A DNA stretch of 64,000 nt from Felis catus (GCF_018350175.1 NC_058383.1:10294001-10358000), one strand, 5' to 3'; shown: positions 10,309-22,920, numbered from the stretch's first letter. Notes: a model not told the origin generated them from the sequence alone. A program made the numbers and translations.

Positions 10309-13034
10309 CTAGGGAGAGACGGGGGTGGGGGTGGGGGGGAAGAGGTGAGTGGGGGAGGGGCAGGAGCCCTGGTTCCAGGCTCTAGGCCCACCCCTTCTGG
10401 GAAAGGTTATCTTTCCTGCTCTTCCCTCAAGGGCGTACATTCTCCCCACCACCAACCCCCCCCCCCCCCAGCCTTTTCCTATCTCCATGCCTTTGCTGCT
10501 CGCTGTTCCCGCCTCAAGGAATACCCTTCTGCGTTTTCAGCCTCCTATACCAACTTCCAGGCTCACGCGTCCTTTACGCTGGGAACTCTTGGCTTAATCC
10601 CCTGGACAGAGGGGACTCCCTCCTCAGTGCTCACCCAGCCCCTCTGCCGGAGGATGTGGTGTGTCTGGATGCACGGGAAGGAAGCACTTGGGACCTTGGG
10701 TAAGTCCCATCACCTCTCTGAGCTGCAGTTTCCCAGCTTACAGAGTGGGGCTCGTTTCTGGGTCTCACAGGAAGGACCACATTAAGCGCCGGCTGAATGA
10801 ATGAGTGACATATCCTTTCTGGTGTTCCCTAGACACCTATAGCGTGCCCAGTGCGGGCTCAGATACATGTAGAAGAGGCCAGTGTCTGGAAGGCTTCCTG
10901 GAGGAAGCGGGGAGGAGAAGCCGGGCCCTGCAGGGTGGGTGGCTGGGGCTCCGTGAGAGGAAAGGCTCCGAAGCAGGGGAGCCTGTGACAGGGGCGCAGC
11001 AGACGGGGCTCTAGCCAGCTCAGGGGCCTGACAAGTGTGGGCGGGGCTGGTTATGCCAACGGGAGTTTCCTGTTCTCTTGAGCCCCACCACTGCCTCTCT
11101 CTCTGACCCCATCGAAGACCCTGCTCCCTGAGGCTGAAGCCTGCCCAGACCTGCCCAGGCTTAGCCACAGGCCCGGCTCCTCGCAGTGGAGGCGAGGGGG
11201 ACAGGGAGAGGATGCGGCCTTGCTGCCACAGGCCCACTTTGGGGCTTCCTGAGCCCATCCTGCAGCCAAGTCAGGGCCTCAGCATCTGCCTGCTCAGTCC
11301 CCCATGCTCCTTTCTGCCTCTGACTCCCCGTGGCTGTCTTCCTGACCTGTTTTGGCCTGTGGCTGTGTTCCTGTGCCCACTGCCGTCAGTGCCCCCCCCC
11401 CCCCGCCTGTCCCCCGGAAATGCCTCTCTTCCCTGAATTCTCAGAGTGTGTGCCCTGGTCCTTTTCCCCACGCCCCTTCCTGGGGTGCAGTGGGGTGCAG
11501 TGGGTTGGTGATCGAAGCCCAGAGGGCAGGGTGCGTACCCCCCCTCCAGAGCAGAGGCCAGCGCGGGACAAGGCACACAGGAGGAGCACAGTAAACACAA
11601 TCCTTAGCTGCACATCAACCCACGGGTGGAGGTTACAAAAAGTGCTCACGTCTATCATCTCACCTGAGCAGCCCATTTCACAGATGAGGAAACTGAGACC
11701 AGGAAAGAGCAAGAGACTCACCTGACAGTTGTCAGTGAGTTCGTGAGGGAGCCGGAAGACGAGGGAACTGAACTGAGCCCCCACTGCGTGCCAGGACTGG
11801 AGCAAAGGCCTCAGACACGTCTTTGCACTCAGCGCTCACTGCGATCCATTGGGGAAGGGGCTCTGTCACTGCTCAGAGGCGAGGAAACAGAGCCAGGGGG
11901 AGTGGAGCTGCCCAGTGGATAAGAGGGCAAGCTGGCTACTGGTCTGCCCTGCCTGCTTGCCTGGGTCTGTTGATGGTGGCAGCTGGTGGCTGGGAAGCTA
12001 GGCTAGGCTGTGTGACCCTGGGCAGGACCCTGCCCCTCGCTTAGCCTGAGACATTCGGAGGTTAGTGTCTGTGGGTGTGCGAGGGGGGGGGGGGGTGGAA
12101 GGCATTCACGTGGGGTTGGATGGGCCCGCTCCTCACCTGGCTTGGTAACTCGCAGAAGCTCAGGTATCGCACTGCAGGGCACCTGGCCATCGCTAAGGGC
12201 ACCCACCATCAGTACCGCATCGAAGGTCCCTGTGTGGAGTGTGGGGTCTGTCTTTGGTGTGGCCTCATGATACCCACAGGGATGACATCAGATCACGGGG
12301 TAGAGGGCTCAGAGAGAGGGGCTCACAGGGGCTCAGAGAGGGTCCCGGTGGGGGTTCATGGGGCTCAGTGTGGGCGGGGGCTTGTGAAGGGCTCAGCAAG
12401 GAGGATGGAGGCTGGACAAGAGAAGGGCACTCACTGTCAAGGTGCCTGGGTGGGAAGGGAAGTACCTTCAGAACTGGGCAGAGGCTCCTGGCCCAGGACG
12501 CAGAGGCTGAGATTCTGGTAGAGGCCACGGGCTCGGGCCCGTTCCAGCATCCCTGGGCTCCCATCTACCCCATGCAGCTGGAGGAAGCCCCGAGCCTGCA
12601 GCTAAGGTGGGGGGACTCAGTCACAGTTCACACCTGCCATCTCCCAGCTGGGTCCCTGCACCTGGGGAGGGCAGCAGGCTCCGCAGTAAATGTAGTCCAC
12701 GTGTTTGGGACCGGTGAGTCTGAGCAGGGAGGCAGAGTTCTGGGGCCAGGGGTGGGAGGAAATTTGAGCGAGTGGGGAGTTGAAGACAGGACAGGGGATG
12801 TGGGGAGGCCTCACCTCAGCAGCCACCAGGCCGGTGCCGCAGGCCACATCCAGGATCAGGGCAGCATGGGGTGGGCCCGGAAGGGCTTGGGTAAGGCAGT
12901 CTACTGCGAGGCGGGGGGCGCGGTACTGCAGGGCGGCCACATCCTGGGGACAGAGTACTGAGCTGACTGGCACCCCGTGCCCCAGTGTTTGGGTGACCTC
13001 TGTGTAGGGTGGTCTAGGAATCAAACAGGCCAAG

Positions 13035-13075
<41 letters not shown>

Positions 13076-13485
13076 CATGCTTATTGGCACCTCCTCCAGG
13101 TGCAGTCCCAGGGTAGAGAGGTCTTGTTTCCTGATTTTTCAAGGGGCTGCCAATATGGAAACATGGGGCTGGTCAGAGGGCAGAGCTACTGTGGATGAGC
13201 CGAAGAGGGGGCCAGTCCTTGAGGAGGCAGGACTACCGGGTCTCACCTCATTCTCACAAGCCACCCTGGGATGATGCAAAGCTAATTATTCCCTCTTTAG
13301 AGATAGCAAAGTTGAGGCTGGGCAAGCAAGAGGAGAGAGGGGAAGGAGCCTGGCCAGTTTACCTGGTCATAGTCTGGAGCCCAGCGGTCATAGAAGTGCA
13401 GCTTGTGGCCCAGGTCGGTGATGCCATGTGATGCCCCCACCCGGGCCCGCACTTCGGACAGGCTCCCGCCCTCCTCCTGCGCCAT
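10028..13485 (-). CDS. METTL27: Methyltransferase-like 27 (WBSCR27), spliced CDS join(13363-13485,12815-12943,12466-12601,12137-12229,10028-10308), 762 nt, 253 aa
   Basis: Exon lengths 123+129+136+93+281 keep frame and every intron is GT-AG. SAM-binding motif I (ILDVACGTG), post-I GVDGSPGML, motif II FDAV, LLRVTKPGG. N-terminus MAQEEGGSL matches WBSCR27. Confidence 0.93.
12137..12229 (-). CDS. METTL27: METTL27 coding exon 4 (GTFDAVLMVGALSDGQVPCSAIPELLRVTKP)
   Basis: cacag acceptor, GTGAG donor, phase 1-1. Confidence 0.92.
12466..12601 (-). CDS. METTL27: METTL27 coding exon 3 (LQARGFLQLHGVDGSPGMLERARARGLYQNLSLCVLGQEPLPSSE)
   Basis: Translated by hand because this frame is absent from the ORF track. 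ccttag acceptor, GTACT donor, phase 1. Confidence 0.9.
12815..12943 (-). CDS. METTL27: METTL27 coding exon 2 (DVAALQY...ILDVACGTGLVAAE)
   Basis: tccccag acceptor, GTGAG donor, contains SAM motif I. Confidence 0.93.
13363..13485 (-). CDS. METTL27: METTL27 first coding exon (MAQEEGG...APDYDQ)
   Basis: Acceptor ccccacag 4 nt before the ATG; donor GTAAA after codon 41. Confidence 0.92.
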
Positions 13486-13738
13486 CCTCCTGTGGGGACA
13501 CAGCCTTGGTGTCCGAGGGACACTGCAATTTCTCCCATTCCCACCCCTCCCACCCAATCCCATTTCACAGGCGGTGACACTGAACACACAGAGGGCGAGA
13601 CTGTAACACCTGGAGTTCAGGGCTTGGGGGAGGGGTGCTCCCTGTGGCCGGAGGGAGGACATGACCCTACCTCCCCACTCTTTAAGCGGTGAGCTGACGT
13701 CCTGGACCTAAGGGTCTTTAAGCAGGTAAAGGGTCAGA

Positions 13739-13920
13739 ACTCACCGCCAATCGGACTCTCCCGCGGTGCTTAGAGCCGGAACTCGGGGCGGGGCCTGTAC
13801 GGCCAGCCGGGCCCCGCCCCCACCTCCCTGGATGATTGGCTTTCCTCTATGAGAAAGTACCCAATCAAAGGAAAGCGCTGGCAGCCGCCCCCGCTACCAG
13901 CCAATGAGCTCAAAGTTCTT
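13739..13920 (-). promoter_or_regulatory. METTL27: METTL27 non-coding first exon and promoter
   Basis: Minus-strand donor GTGAGT at 13739-13744; GC boxes at ~13785 and ~13812; CCAAT boxes at ~13835, 13861 and 13901; CpG-enriched. Confidence 0.7.
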
Positions 13921-14066
13921 GGCCTCTCTCTAGCCCGGGGAGATACAGACTTTCCGAACGTTTTCAGGGTATCCGCGCTTAGGAGCATCTCTGTGCCCTC
14001 CAGGCTCTCGATGTCCTTCATTAGGAAGTGAGAGCCTCTGAAATCTTAGGGGGAAGAGAGGGGCCT

Positions 14067-14165
14067 AGGTCTGTGCTGACAGCTCAGAGCCTGGAGCCTG
14101 CTTCAGCTGTGTCTCCCTCTCTCTGCCCCTCCCCCCTCTCAAAAATAAATAAACCTTAAAAAAAA
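14067..14165 (+). mobile_element. 5'-truncated carnivore SINE
   Basis: tctgtgctgacagctcagagcctggagcc...aaaataaataaa. Confidence 0.85.
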
Positions 14166-14377
14166 TTTTTTTTTCAACGTTTATTTATTTTTGGGACAGA
14201 GAGAGACAGAGCATGAACGGGGGAGGGGCAGAGAGAGAGGGAGACACAGAATCGGAAACAGGCTTCAGGCTCTGAGCCATCAGCCCAGAGCCCGACGCGG
14301 GGCTCGAACTCACGGACCGCGAGATCGTGACCTGGTTGAAGTCGGACGCTTAACCGACTGCGCCACCCAGGCGCCCC
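14166..14377 (-). mobile_element. Full-length young felid SINE
   Basis: CpG-rich and close to consensus; ends ...cccaggcgcccc; A/T-run flanks resemble a TSD. Confidence 0.93.
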
Positions 14378-14454
14378 AAAAAAATTTTTTTTAAAAAGAG
14401 GGAGGGGGTGCCCAGGATCAGCCTTCATTTTTAGAACGGTCCCCACGGCCTGGG

Positions 14455-14650
14455 CAACGCTATCCTGTAGAACTTTCTGTGGTAATGGAAATATTCTATA
14501 CTGGACGCTTTTCAATACAGTAGCTACATGTGACGTTGAGCATTTGAAATGTGGCTAGTGCTACCGAGGAACTGAATTTTGAGTTTTATTTTGTCTTCGT
14601 AATTTAAATAGCCATCTGTGGCTAGTGGCCTCCGTTTTGGACAGCGCGGA
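14455..14650. mobile_element. MER3-like hAT-Charlie MITE
   Basis: agaactttctg..atggaaa..., gaaatgtggctagtgc, aatttaaatagcca..tggctagtggc..ttggacagcgc match MER3 as recalled. Confidence 0.8.
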
Positions 14651-14654
14651 GATC

Positions 14655-15365
14655 CTTGCTGCTCAGAGTATGGTCCCAAAACTTGCATCCTCTGCTCCAG
14701 CATCTTTAGCTCTGGTTGCTCCAGGGGACCCCCTTAGGGGAGGTTTTTAGAAATGCAAATTCTTGAGCCCCATTCCACACCAATAGAATGAGAATCAGAT
14801 TGCGGGGTGGGGGGGAGGGGGCCTGGGAGGGGCCCAGAAATCTACTTTTTTTTTTTTTAATTTATTTATTTTTAGAGAGAGGGCACTTGGGTGGCTCAGT
14901 GGGTTGAGTGTCTTGACTTTGGCTCAGGTCATGATCTCACAGCTCATAGGTTCAAGCTCAGTGTCGGCTCTGTACTGACAGCTTGGAGCCTGGAACCTGT
15001 TTTGGATTCTGTGTCTCTGTCTCTCTCTGCCCCTCCTCCTCTCGTATTCTGCCTCTCTCAAAAAGAAATAAGCGTTAAAAAATTTAAACGACAAAAGAAG
15101 AAAAGATATCTTGAGAGAGAGAAAGAGAAAGTGGGGGAAGGGCAGAGGGAGACAGAGAGAGAGAGGGAGAGAGAATGTCAAGCAGGCTCCACACTCTCAG
15201 CACAGAGCCTGACATGGGGCTCAAACTCATGAGCAGTGAGATCATGACCTGAGCTGAAATCAGGTCCGACACTTAATGGACTGAACCACCAAGGCGCCCC
15301 CAGAAATCTACTTTAAACAAACTCTCCAGCTGATTTCTATGCAGCTGAAGTTTCAGAAGCACTAG
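14655..15365. mobile_element. MER5-like DNA transposon interrupted by two nested SINEs (outer minus ~14849-15300, inner plus ~14881-15108)
   Basis: gaaatgcaaattcttgagcccc and ctccagctgatttctatgca..agtttcagaagcact flank the insert; 14-bp TSD CAGAAATCTACTTT at 14835 and 15301. Confidence 0.8.
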
Positions 15366-15399
15366 CCTAGAGGACCCTTGGGGATCAGAGTTTGGACAG

Positions 15400-16000
15400 G
15401 TGGAGTTTGGGAGTTTGTTACAGGTGTCCAGGAGGGAGGTGATGGTAGCATGAACTTGGGTAGCGGTCATGGCTGTGGAGAGGAGTGGATGAAGGTCAGA
15501 GACGTTTAGGCGGTCGAGGCAGCAGGGCTTTGGTGATTGAGAGCGCATGGCCTGGGGAAGCGAGTCGTTGGGAGTTGAGACTTTGGGTGGATGATGGTGC
15601 CATTCACAGCCGGGGAAGCCCGGGAGGAGGAGCAGGTTTGGGGGCAAAGAGGATATTAACCGCTTGGGGTTGTTGAGTTTGAGGGGTCTACGTGAAGATG
15701 TCCAGGAGGATGTTTAATGCCAGAGTCTTGAGCTCAGGAGTCAGGACAGGCTGGAGACAGATTCAGGGTCACGAGTATAGCCAGTGATTGAGGCAGCCAA
15801 TAATGGTGGGATGTGCAGGGAGAGACAAGAAAGGAAGAGAAGAGAAGGACGGAACCTGAGGACCCCTAACCCTTCAGGGTGGAAGAGGAGTGTCTAGGAG
15901 AGCTGGAGAAAACCCAGAGAAGTTGGGAAGGATGCCAAGAACAGAGAAGAGTCTCAAAGAGATGAGGAATGGCCAACACTGAGGCGTGTCGAGAGGTGGC
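15400..16000 (-). mobile_element. L2 LINE fragment
   Basis: Purine-rich L2-type motifs (ggtggatgatggtgccattcac, ggaggaggagcaggtttgggg, ttgagtttgagg). Confidence 0.65.
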
Positions 16001-16289
16001 GTAAAACGAGGCTTCGGAAGGGAGCCCTGGATATAGGGATGTGGAGGTCTTTGGGGGCCGAGGGAGACCCTGACAGCATACACCGGTGGCCAAATTTACC
16101 ACCTCTCCCTGAGTTAGACAACGTGCCCCAGCCTCCCTTGTACGTTGGCGTGTCCGTGTGGTTGAATTCCGGCCGATAGAAGGCAGATGTCGGTAAAGTG
16201 CTTTATTTCCAGACCTGGACCATAAACGCTTCCCATCCGATCCTCCATGGAGCAGGGTCCAGGCGCCCAGAGGAGAGTGGGGGCTGCCA

Positions 16290-16960
16290 GACGACGGAGT
16301 CGGGGACCCTAAATGATTGTGTGTAGCGCAATCCACCTCCCCCACCCACCTGCACGGGACGTAACATGAACAAGAAACCCACTTCATTGTGTTGAGCCGC
16401 GATTTCAGGATCGTCCGTTACAATAACGTCATTTCCCTTCGTTGACACGGTGACCTTGGCAAGAGCAGTTTTGGGGGAGTGGAGGTAGGGGAGGAAACCC
16501 AGATGTCAGCTGTCACCTGCCAAGATCCAAACCCAAATCTGTTTTAGTCCAATGGTGTCCTGTGAATGTGTCGTGAGTCCGTTGTGAACAGAACACGTGC
16601 GAAGCTGCAGCCAAAACACAGAGAGATTTACGAGACTCGTACAGAAAGCTGAGACTGGGCAGTCGGGTCAGAGGCTCACTTATGCCATCAGCGACCCAGG
16701 CTCTTGTCATCTTCCTTCTCTGCCACCTTTTGCACGGAGGCCTTTGCGCTCCTGACTGTCACCTCGTCATGGCCGCTGCACCTCCCAACAGGACAGGATG
16801 AAGGGGAAAGGGCAAAACGCTAGGCCAGCTCAGACTATTCATCATGACAAAAACTTTATTGGAAGCCCAGGGCCGGGAGTTCTTCATCCCATTGGCCAGT
16901 TTGGGTCACATCGTCACCCCAGAGTGGTCACTAGCAGGTGAGTCGGGAGGGGGAGATTGG
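16290..16960. mobile_element. Old MaLR (MLT1-like) LTR fragments
   Basis: gacccaggctc, ggccgctgcacctcc, ccattggccag..tgggtcacat motifs. Confidence 0.5.
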
Positions 16961-18599
16961 GGGTGGGGACTGGCTCAGTCATCGGACAGCGTGGGCCTCA
17001 TCTGTATAGCCTCATGTTTCATTTAGGCCAATAAATATTTATTGTGCACCTAATGTTTATCAGGCCCTGGGCAGGGCACCGGAGTCACAGGGGTGAGTCA
17101 GAAACAGCCCCCACTCTACCCCGGTCCAGCAGGGTGGGGGAGATGGGTGTCTTCTCCTGTTCGGGCTCTGGGCACTGTCTCCTCAGTATCTGTGTTCAGG
17201 CTTTTCCTTCTAAGCACCCCTCCCACCCCCCACCACTGGGTGTCCAGGGCCACTCCTTTGTCTGGGGCAAACGTAGGTGGGCGCTATGGGGTTGAAAGAT
17301 GTCGTCATGAGGAATGTCCCCTTAGGTAAAAAGGTGGTCCTGTTGGACCATCAGAGGGTGGCCTGGGTGGCTCCATGACAGAACCTGGGGAGGCCCTGGG
17401 GGGCCAGCATATCTGTCCCCACAGCCCCTCGGTATCTCCGCTCGGTGGTACCCCACTTGCTGGAGGGGGCTGTGTGGTTTGTGGGCACCAACATGGCTTC
17501 TATGGCAATGGCTCCTAGGCCGTGATGGAGAATGAGACTTGCCATGCGGGGTACTGGTGGGGGCTCCCAGGCTTGGACCCCAGGTCTGACCAGCTTCTCT
17601 CCCCAGAGCCCACTCCATTCCTCCCCTTCCAGAGCCTGGGAAATTGTCCCAGCCTCAGGGCAGGAGGCCCTTCTCTGACGCATCAACTGTTCTTGCTCCC
17701 TGTCATAAGCCCCCTTAAGTCCAACGCTTTGGAATTCCAAAGCCTTTCCTGTGCCTTTTGCTGATAGTGACCCTCCCCTGGAGCAGTGGACACCATCCAG
17801 ACCGCCCCCCAAAACTAGTCTGGGGTGAAAAGCAGGAGTTCATGTTTCAAAACTATTGTCTAACCTCACAGATGTACAAGCCGGAGGCCAAGGGCTGCAG
17901 GTGGCTGAGGACGGTGGGGGGGGGGGTCATCCTGTGGCCAGAGTGGGCAGCGGGAAAGGGTCAAGCGGACAAGGGTGAGGCCACGTTAGGCCAAGATGGC
18001 CCACACACAAGACATGGTGGTCGATGCCAATGGGCAAGAGCTGTGGGGGAAGGCACGGCTTTCGGGGGCCAGGCGTGGGAGGGTGGGAGGTGCGCATGCA
18101 TGAGGCCGTGGGGGCCAGTCGGGATGCTTCCGGACACAAGTGTCAGAAACGCAACTCGGGGAAAGGAGGGAGAGGGGGACGGGCTGCTGATACAAGGTGC
18201 GTGCGCTTACATGTGCACCTGCGTCTGATGGGCGGGAGCATCCGCAGGGGTGCGGCTGACGTGTGCAGGGGCCCAGGCCACAGGGGGCCCGGCCACCAGG
18301 CTGGGACTGGCTCTCTAACCCTGCATGGGCCGTGAGGAGTTACAGTGTCAGACCTTCATTTTCACAAAGACGCCCAGAAGGCAGTGTGGGGAGTGGACTG
18401 GGTGGGCTCAGGTGCCCAGGGGCAAGAGCTGGAGGCCTGAACAGCTGTGGGGTCTGCGGGGGGGCGGGGGGGGGGGCTGGGAGGGGGGTGGGGACAAAAG
18501 AGCAACCTCTCTTCCTGTCTCCTTTCCTGCCTCTTCACTTCTCTCCCCTCTTCCTTCTCAAGTAGGAGAGCGCCCCACCCCTCAGTCCTGGGCCTTTTT

Positions 18600-20520
18600 T
18601 TTTTTTTTTTTGGTCTCTATCTGCACCCACTTTCCAGATGATCTCATTTTGTCCCGTGGTTTTAAATACTATTTATACGCCGGCGAGTCCCAAAGAGGCG
18701 ACTCCAAGCCCTGACTCTCCCCTGAACTCTGGACTCTGAGTACCTGATATCTCCCCTTGGAGGCCACGGGCCTCTGTCTGGCATCGTGCCCAAACCCGGC
18801 TTTCCTTGTCCCCACTCCCAAACCTGCCCCTCCTTGTCCTCCTCCTTCTCGTCTTCCAGAACCACTATGCACCCAGGGGCGAAGCCCAGGCCATTATTCC
18901 CCCATCCCACATTCTGTCTTCGGCAAATGCTATTACCTCTCCCTTCCGCCTCGGCCACTCTGGTCCCGTTTACTCCTGCCCTCTCAGCCAGACCCCTTGT
19001 GCAGCCTCCTCACTGGGCTCCCTGCCTCCCCTCTGCCCCCCACCCACAGTCCATTTTCCTCGTAGTAGCCAGCCAGGTGGTATCGATTATTGTTTGTAAA
19101 ATTTTTATGGAAAATTCCAAACACACAAAAGAAGAGATTGGCACAATGATCCCCATGTATTTTGTTCGTCCCTCAGTTTTGATAGCTAACAAAATATGCC
19201 CAACCAGAATGATGTTTTCACAGTCACTTGATGAGCTCACTCCCCTGCTTAAGACCTAAATTCCAAATTCTTTACCATCCTCCTCCCTAACCTTTCTCCT
19301 CACTCCACTGTCCTAGCCTCTGCTGCTCCTGGAACATGCCGTGGTTACCTCAGGACATTTGCACTGCTGTTTTGGGGTCTGGATCATCCTTCTTTCAGAT
19401 CTCTGCGTGACTGGCTGGTTCTCAACTTTCAGGTATCTGCTACCCGTAATGAACAAATATTAGCATTTTGTCATTATTGCTTCAGAATATGTGAATGTAG
19501 AAAAAGAGGGCATTATAGATGAAGGTGACATTTCCCCTGAATTCCTCTCTCCCCTCTCTGCTGCCCCAGGGACCCAGCTACCACCCTGAATGGGCGGGAC
19601 CTTCTGGGTCTTGTTTTTATATTTTTACTACACATGTCCGGAACAAGATAATGTTGCTAATGGGGTTGAGAAAATTCATATGAATGCCATCATTTTATAG
19701 TGCTTACTCTGTGACTTCCCCCTTTTCATCACTTAACACTACGTTTTTGAGACCCTTCCACATTGGTGTATACAGATCTCATTCATTGTCACCACCGCGT
19801 AGTCATCTCTCAAACAGATCCGTCCAATTCATTTCCATTTCCCGATTGATGGGAAAAGTTGCTGCCACAAATAGCCTTGCACATGTTCCTTTGTTCACAA
19901 ATGAATACTTCTGGAAGGAGTGCTTTACAAAATGGGGCTGGCAGCCCAGTAGGGGGTAAGGAAAACAATTCAGTTCCTTGTGAAATGGATCGAATAGAGC
20001 ACGCACACTGCATGTAGTAAGGGCAATTACTGTCTTGTGAACTCACTTCGGTTTCACATGCGGGTGCAACAGGCAGCGGCAGATAACAGCTTTCTTACCA
20101 CGGGTGGCCCCCTGAGTCTGAGAAACAAACGGAACTGCCAGGTCAGGACGCGTGTCACGTCTGATGCTCTGGTTGCCCCCGCGGACTCATCGACACATTT
20201 TTGTCAGACTTTTTTTGTCTTTGCAAACGAGCAGGAGAGAGTTATCTCACTGTGGTTTTCCTTTGCGTTTCCCTCGATTACTAAGGAGGGTGACAGCTTC
20301 GCACACGTTTATTGGCTCTTTGGGTTTCCTCTGCTGTGAATTGCCTTTGCCTATGTGTTCTGCAGTCACTTGATTTCATCTTCTGTATCTTTATGTTGGT
20401 AGGAGTTCCTTAGATGTTCTGTCCGTTCTGGATACTGATTCTGGGACTGCTGTGTGAGTCGCAAACATTTCTCCCAGGCCAAAGCTACCTTTTGGCTTTG
20501 CTCACAGTGTCTCTGCACCA
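18600..20520. mobile_element. Old L2 (~18600-19440) and L1M (~19450-20520) fragments
   Basis: L2 motifs (gatctcat..tcccgtggttttaaatac, ctctcccctgaactc) and antisense L1 motifs (tatctcactgtggttttc, ttgcctttgcc). Confidence 0.55.
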
Positions 20521-20694
20521 GATTCAGCAACAAAGAGTTTATCGGTCACTTGGGCCAGGGTGGTGACAGTGGGGAGTGGGGGGGCAGGAGCAAATGGCCA
20601 GTGGCTGGAGGCGGCGGTAAGATGATTACAGAATTTTTTTGCAACAACGTGATTTGAACGGCGAGGTGAGTGAGTGAGCACCGAGGAACATTTT

Positions 20695-21663
20695 CCTTTG
20701 TTCCTTTTAATAAAAGTCGCGTATGTTGAAGGTGCACAACCTGCTGTTTTGAAGATCCGTAGACAGGGGCGCCTGGGTGGCTCAGTCGGTTAGGCGGCCG
20801 ACTTCGGCTCAGGTCATGGTCTCGCGGTCCGTGAGTTCGAGCCCCGCGTCGGGCTCTGTGCTGACAGCTCAGAGCCCGGAGCCTGTTTCGGATTCTGTGT
20901 CTCCCTCTCTCTGACCCTCCCCCGTTCATGCTCTGTCTCTCTCTGTCTCAAAAATAAATAAACGTTAAAATAAAAAAAAAAGAATATCTGTATACATTGT
21001 GAAATGGTCACCACAGTCCAGCTAAAATTAGCATATCTATCACCTCGACTTTGTGTGTGGTGTATGTGTGTTGAGAAGATTTAAGATCTATCCGCTTAGG
21101 AAATTTCAAGTAAACAATAAGGTATTATTGTTAGCCGTGCTCACTGTGTTGTACATTAGATCTCTAGAATTTATTCATCTTTATAATGGAAACTTTGTAC
21201 CCTTTGACCAGCCCCCTTCTCCCAACCCCAGCCTATTGGCTCTGGCTGGCAACCGCCATTCTTTTGTCGGTTTCTGAGTTTGGCTTCATTAGATTCCACG
21301 TATAAGTGAGATCATGCAGTATTTCCCTTTCTGTGTCTTACCTCACTTAGCATAATGTCCCGCAGCTCCATTCCGTGTTGTTGGGAATTTTCCTTCTTAA
21401 AGGCCAAATAATATCCCATTGTATCTATCTATCTATCTCTCACAGGTTGGAATGCATATGAATACAGCTACTATGAAAAACATATGGAGGTCCTCAGAAA
21501 ATTAAAAATAGAACTGCTTTATTATCCAGCCATCCCACGTCTGGATATAGAGCCGGAGGAATTGAAATCAGGATCGTGAAAAGATAACTGTACCCCTTGT
21601 TCATTACACCATTCCTCACAACAGACAAGATATGGAAACAACCTAAACGTCCTTCAGTGGATG
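20695..21663 (-). mobile_element. L1MA-type LINE with inverted 5' segment, containing a SINE
   Basis: Antisense L1 3' UTR at ~20695-21440, then sense ORF2-end segment at ~21445-21663; candidate TSD at 20683 and 21664. Confidence 0.75.
20766..20981 (+). mobile_element. Full-length young felid SINE
   Basis: GGGGCGCCTGGGTGGCTCAGTCGGTT head, CpGs retained, A tail. Confidence 0.95.
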
Positions 21664-21814
21664 GAGGGACATTTTATTTAGGACACAAGAGGTCTAGTAG
21701 AGAAAAGGGCAAGCAGGGAGAGGGGCAGCGGTTGAAGATGGGTGGGTGGGAGAATATCCGAGAGAGGTCTAAGTGAGCCAGCAGAAAACAGATACACTAA
21801 ACACATTGGTTCTT

Positions 21815-22058
21815 GGGACGCCTGGGTGGCTCAGTCAGTTAAGCGTCCAACTTCAGCTCAGGTCATGATCTCCTGGTTTGTGAATTCGAGCCTCGCATTG
21901 GACTCTGTACTGACAATGTGGACCCTGCTTGGGATACTCTCTCTCCCTCTCTCTCTCTCTGCCCCTCCCCTGCTTGTGTTCTCTCTCTCTCCCTCTCTCT
22001 CTCTCTGCCCCTCCCCTGCTTGTGTTCTCTCTCTCTCTCTCAAATAAATAAAAAAATA
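21815..22058 (+). mobile_element. Carnivore SINE with internal duplication
   Basis: Near-TSD AAACA(C/T)ATTGGTTC; block ctctgcccctcccctgcttgtgttctctctctc occurs twice. Confidence 0.9.
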
Positions 22059-22699
22059 AACATATTGGTTCCAAACAAACTGATCAAGAAACAAATTGGT
22101 GAAAACTATATTTCCCATTGATGTCTGTTCATATGTTGATTTTTGTACCTCACAGGGGTGACTTTGCAATCTGTTATTGGCATTTATGCATTTTGTCCAT
22201 TTATCAGAACTTTTATGGGGGGATGACTGTTTTTGAGCACTGGGGTGGTTTGGCAACTTTATGTCCTTAAAAAAAGACTGGTTTAGTCTTTAAGCATCTG
22301 ACTTTGGCTCAGGTCATGATCTCACCGTTTGTGAGCTGGAGCCCATCAGGTGAGCCCCACTCCTCTCTCTCTCTCTCTCAAAAAATAAAAAAAAAAAACA
22401 CTTTTAAAGCATTTTTATTACTTTTTATGTTAAGAGTTTTTTTAAGGTGTCAGTTTGAATCAATTTTAAGGTATATTTGCCCATGTTTTTCTAGAATTTC
22501 AAAATTTAGCCTTGGCCTCCAAGTGAATTACCTAAAAGTGGTTTGGTTGAAATGAATATGTCTACTTATTGGCTTATGAATCAATACAGTGTATGCCCCC
22601 TGGAGATAATTTCTTTTCACAAATTTGCACGTGTTTGAAAGCAATTCTGTCTAACTTGTAGTTTATTTTGCTTCAAAAAATTCTTGAGTCAACTTTTCC

Positions 22700-22920
22700 T
22701 TTTTTTAAAAAATTTGTTTAATGTTTATTTATTATTGAGAGACAGACACAGAGCGTGAGCTGGGGAGGGGTAGAGAGAGGGGGAGACACAGAATCCGAAA
22801 CAGGATCCAGGCTCTGAGCTCTCAGCACAGAGCCCGATGCGGGGCTTGAACTCACGAACCATGAGATCATGACCAGAGCTGAAGTGGGACGCTTAACCGA
22901 CTGAGCCACCCAGGTGCCCC
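22700..22920 (-). mobile_element. Carnivore SINE (partial + strand SINE also at ~22290-22400)
   Basis: Reverse-complement SINE consensus. Confidence 0.9.

Noticed and set aside
20766..20850. tRNA-like A/B-box sequence at SINE heads
   Set aside because: The tRNA-derived head of carnivore SINEs, not a tRNA gene.
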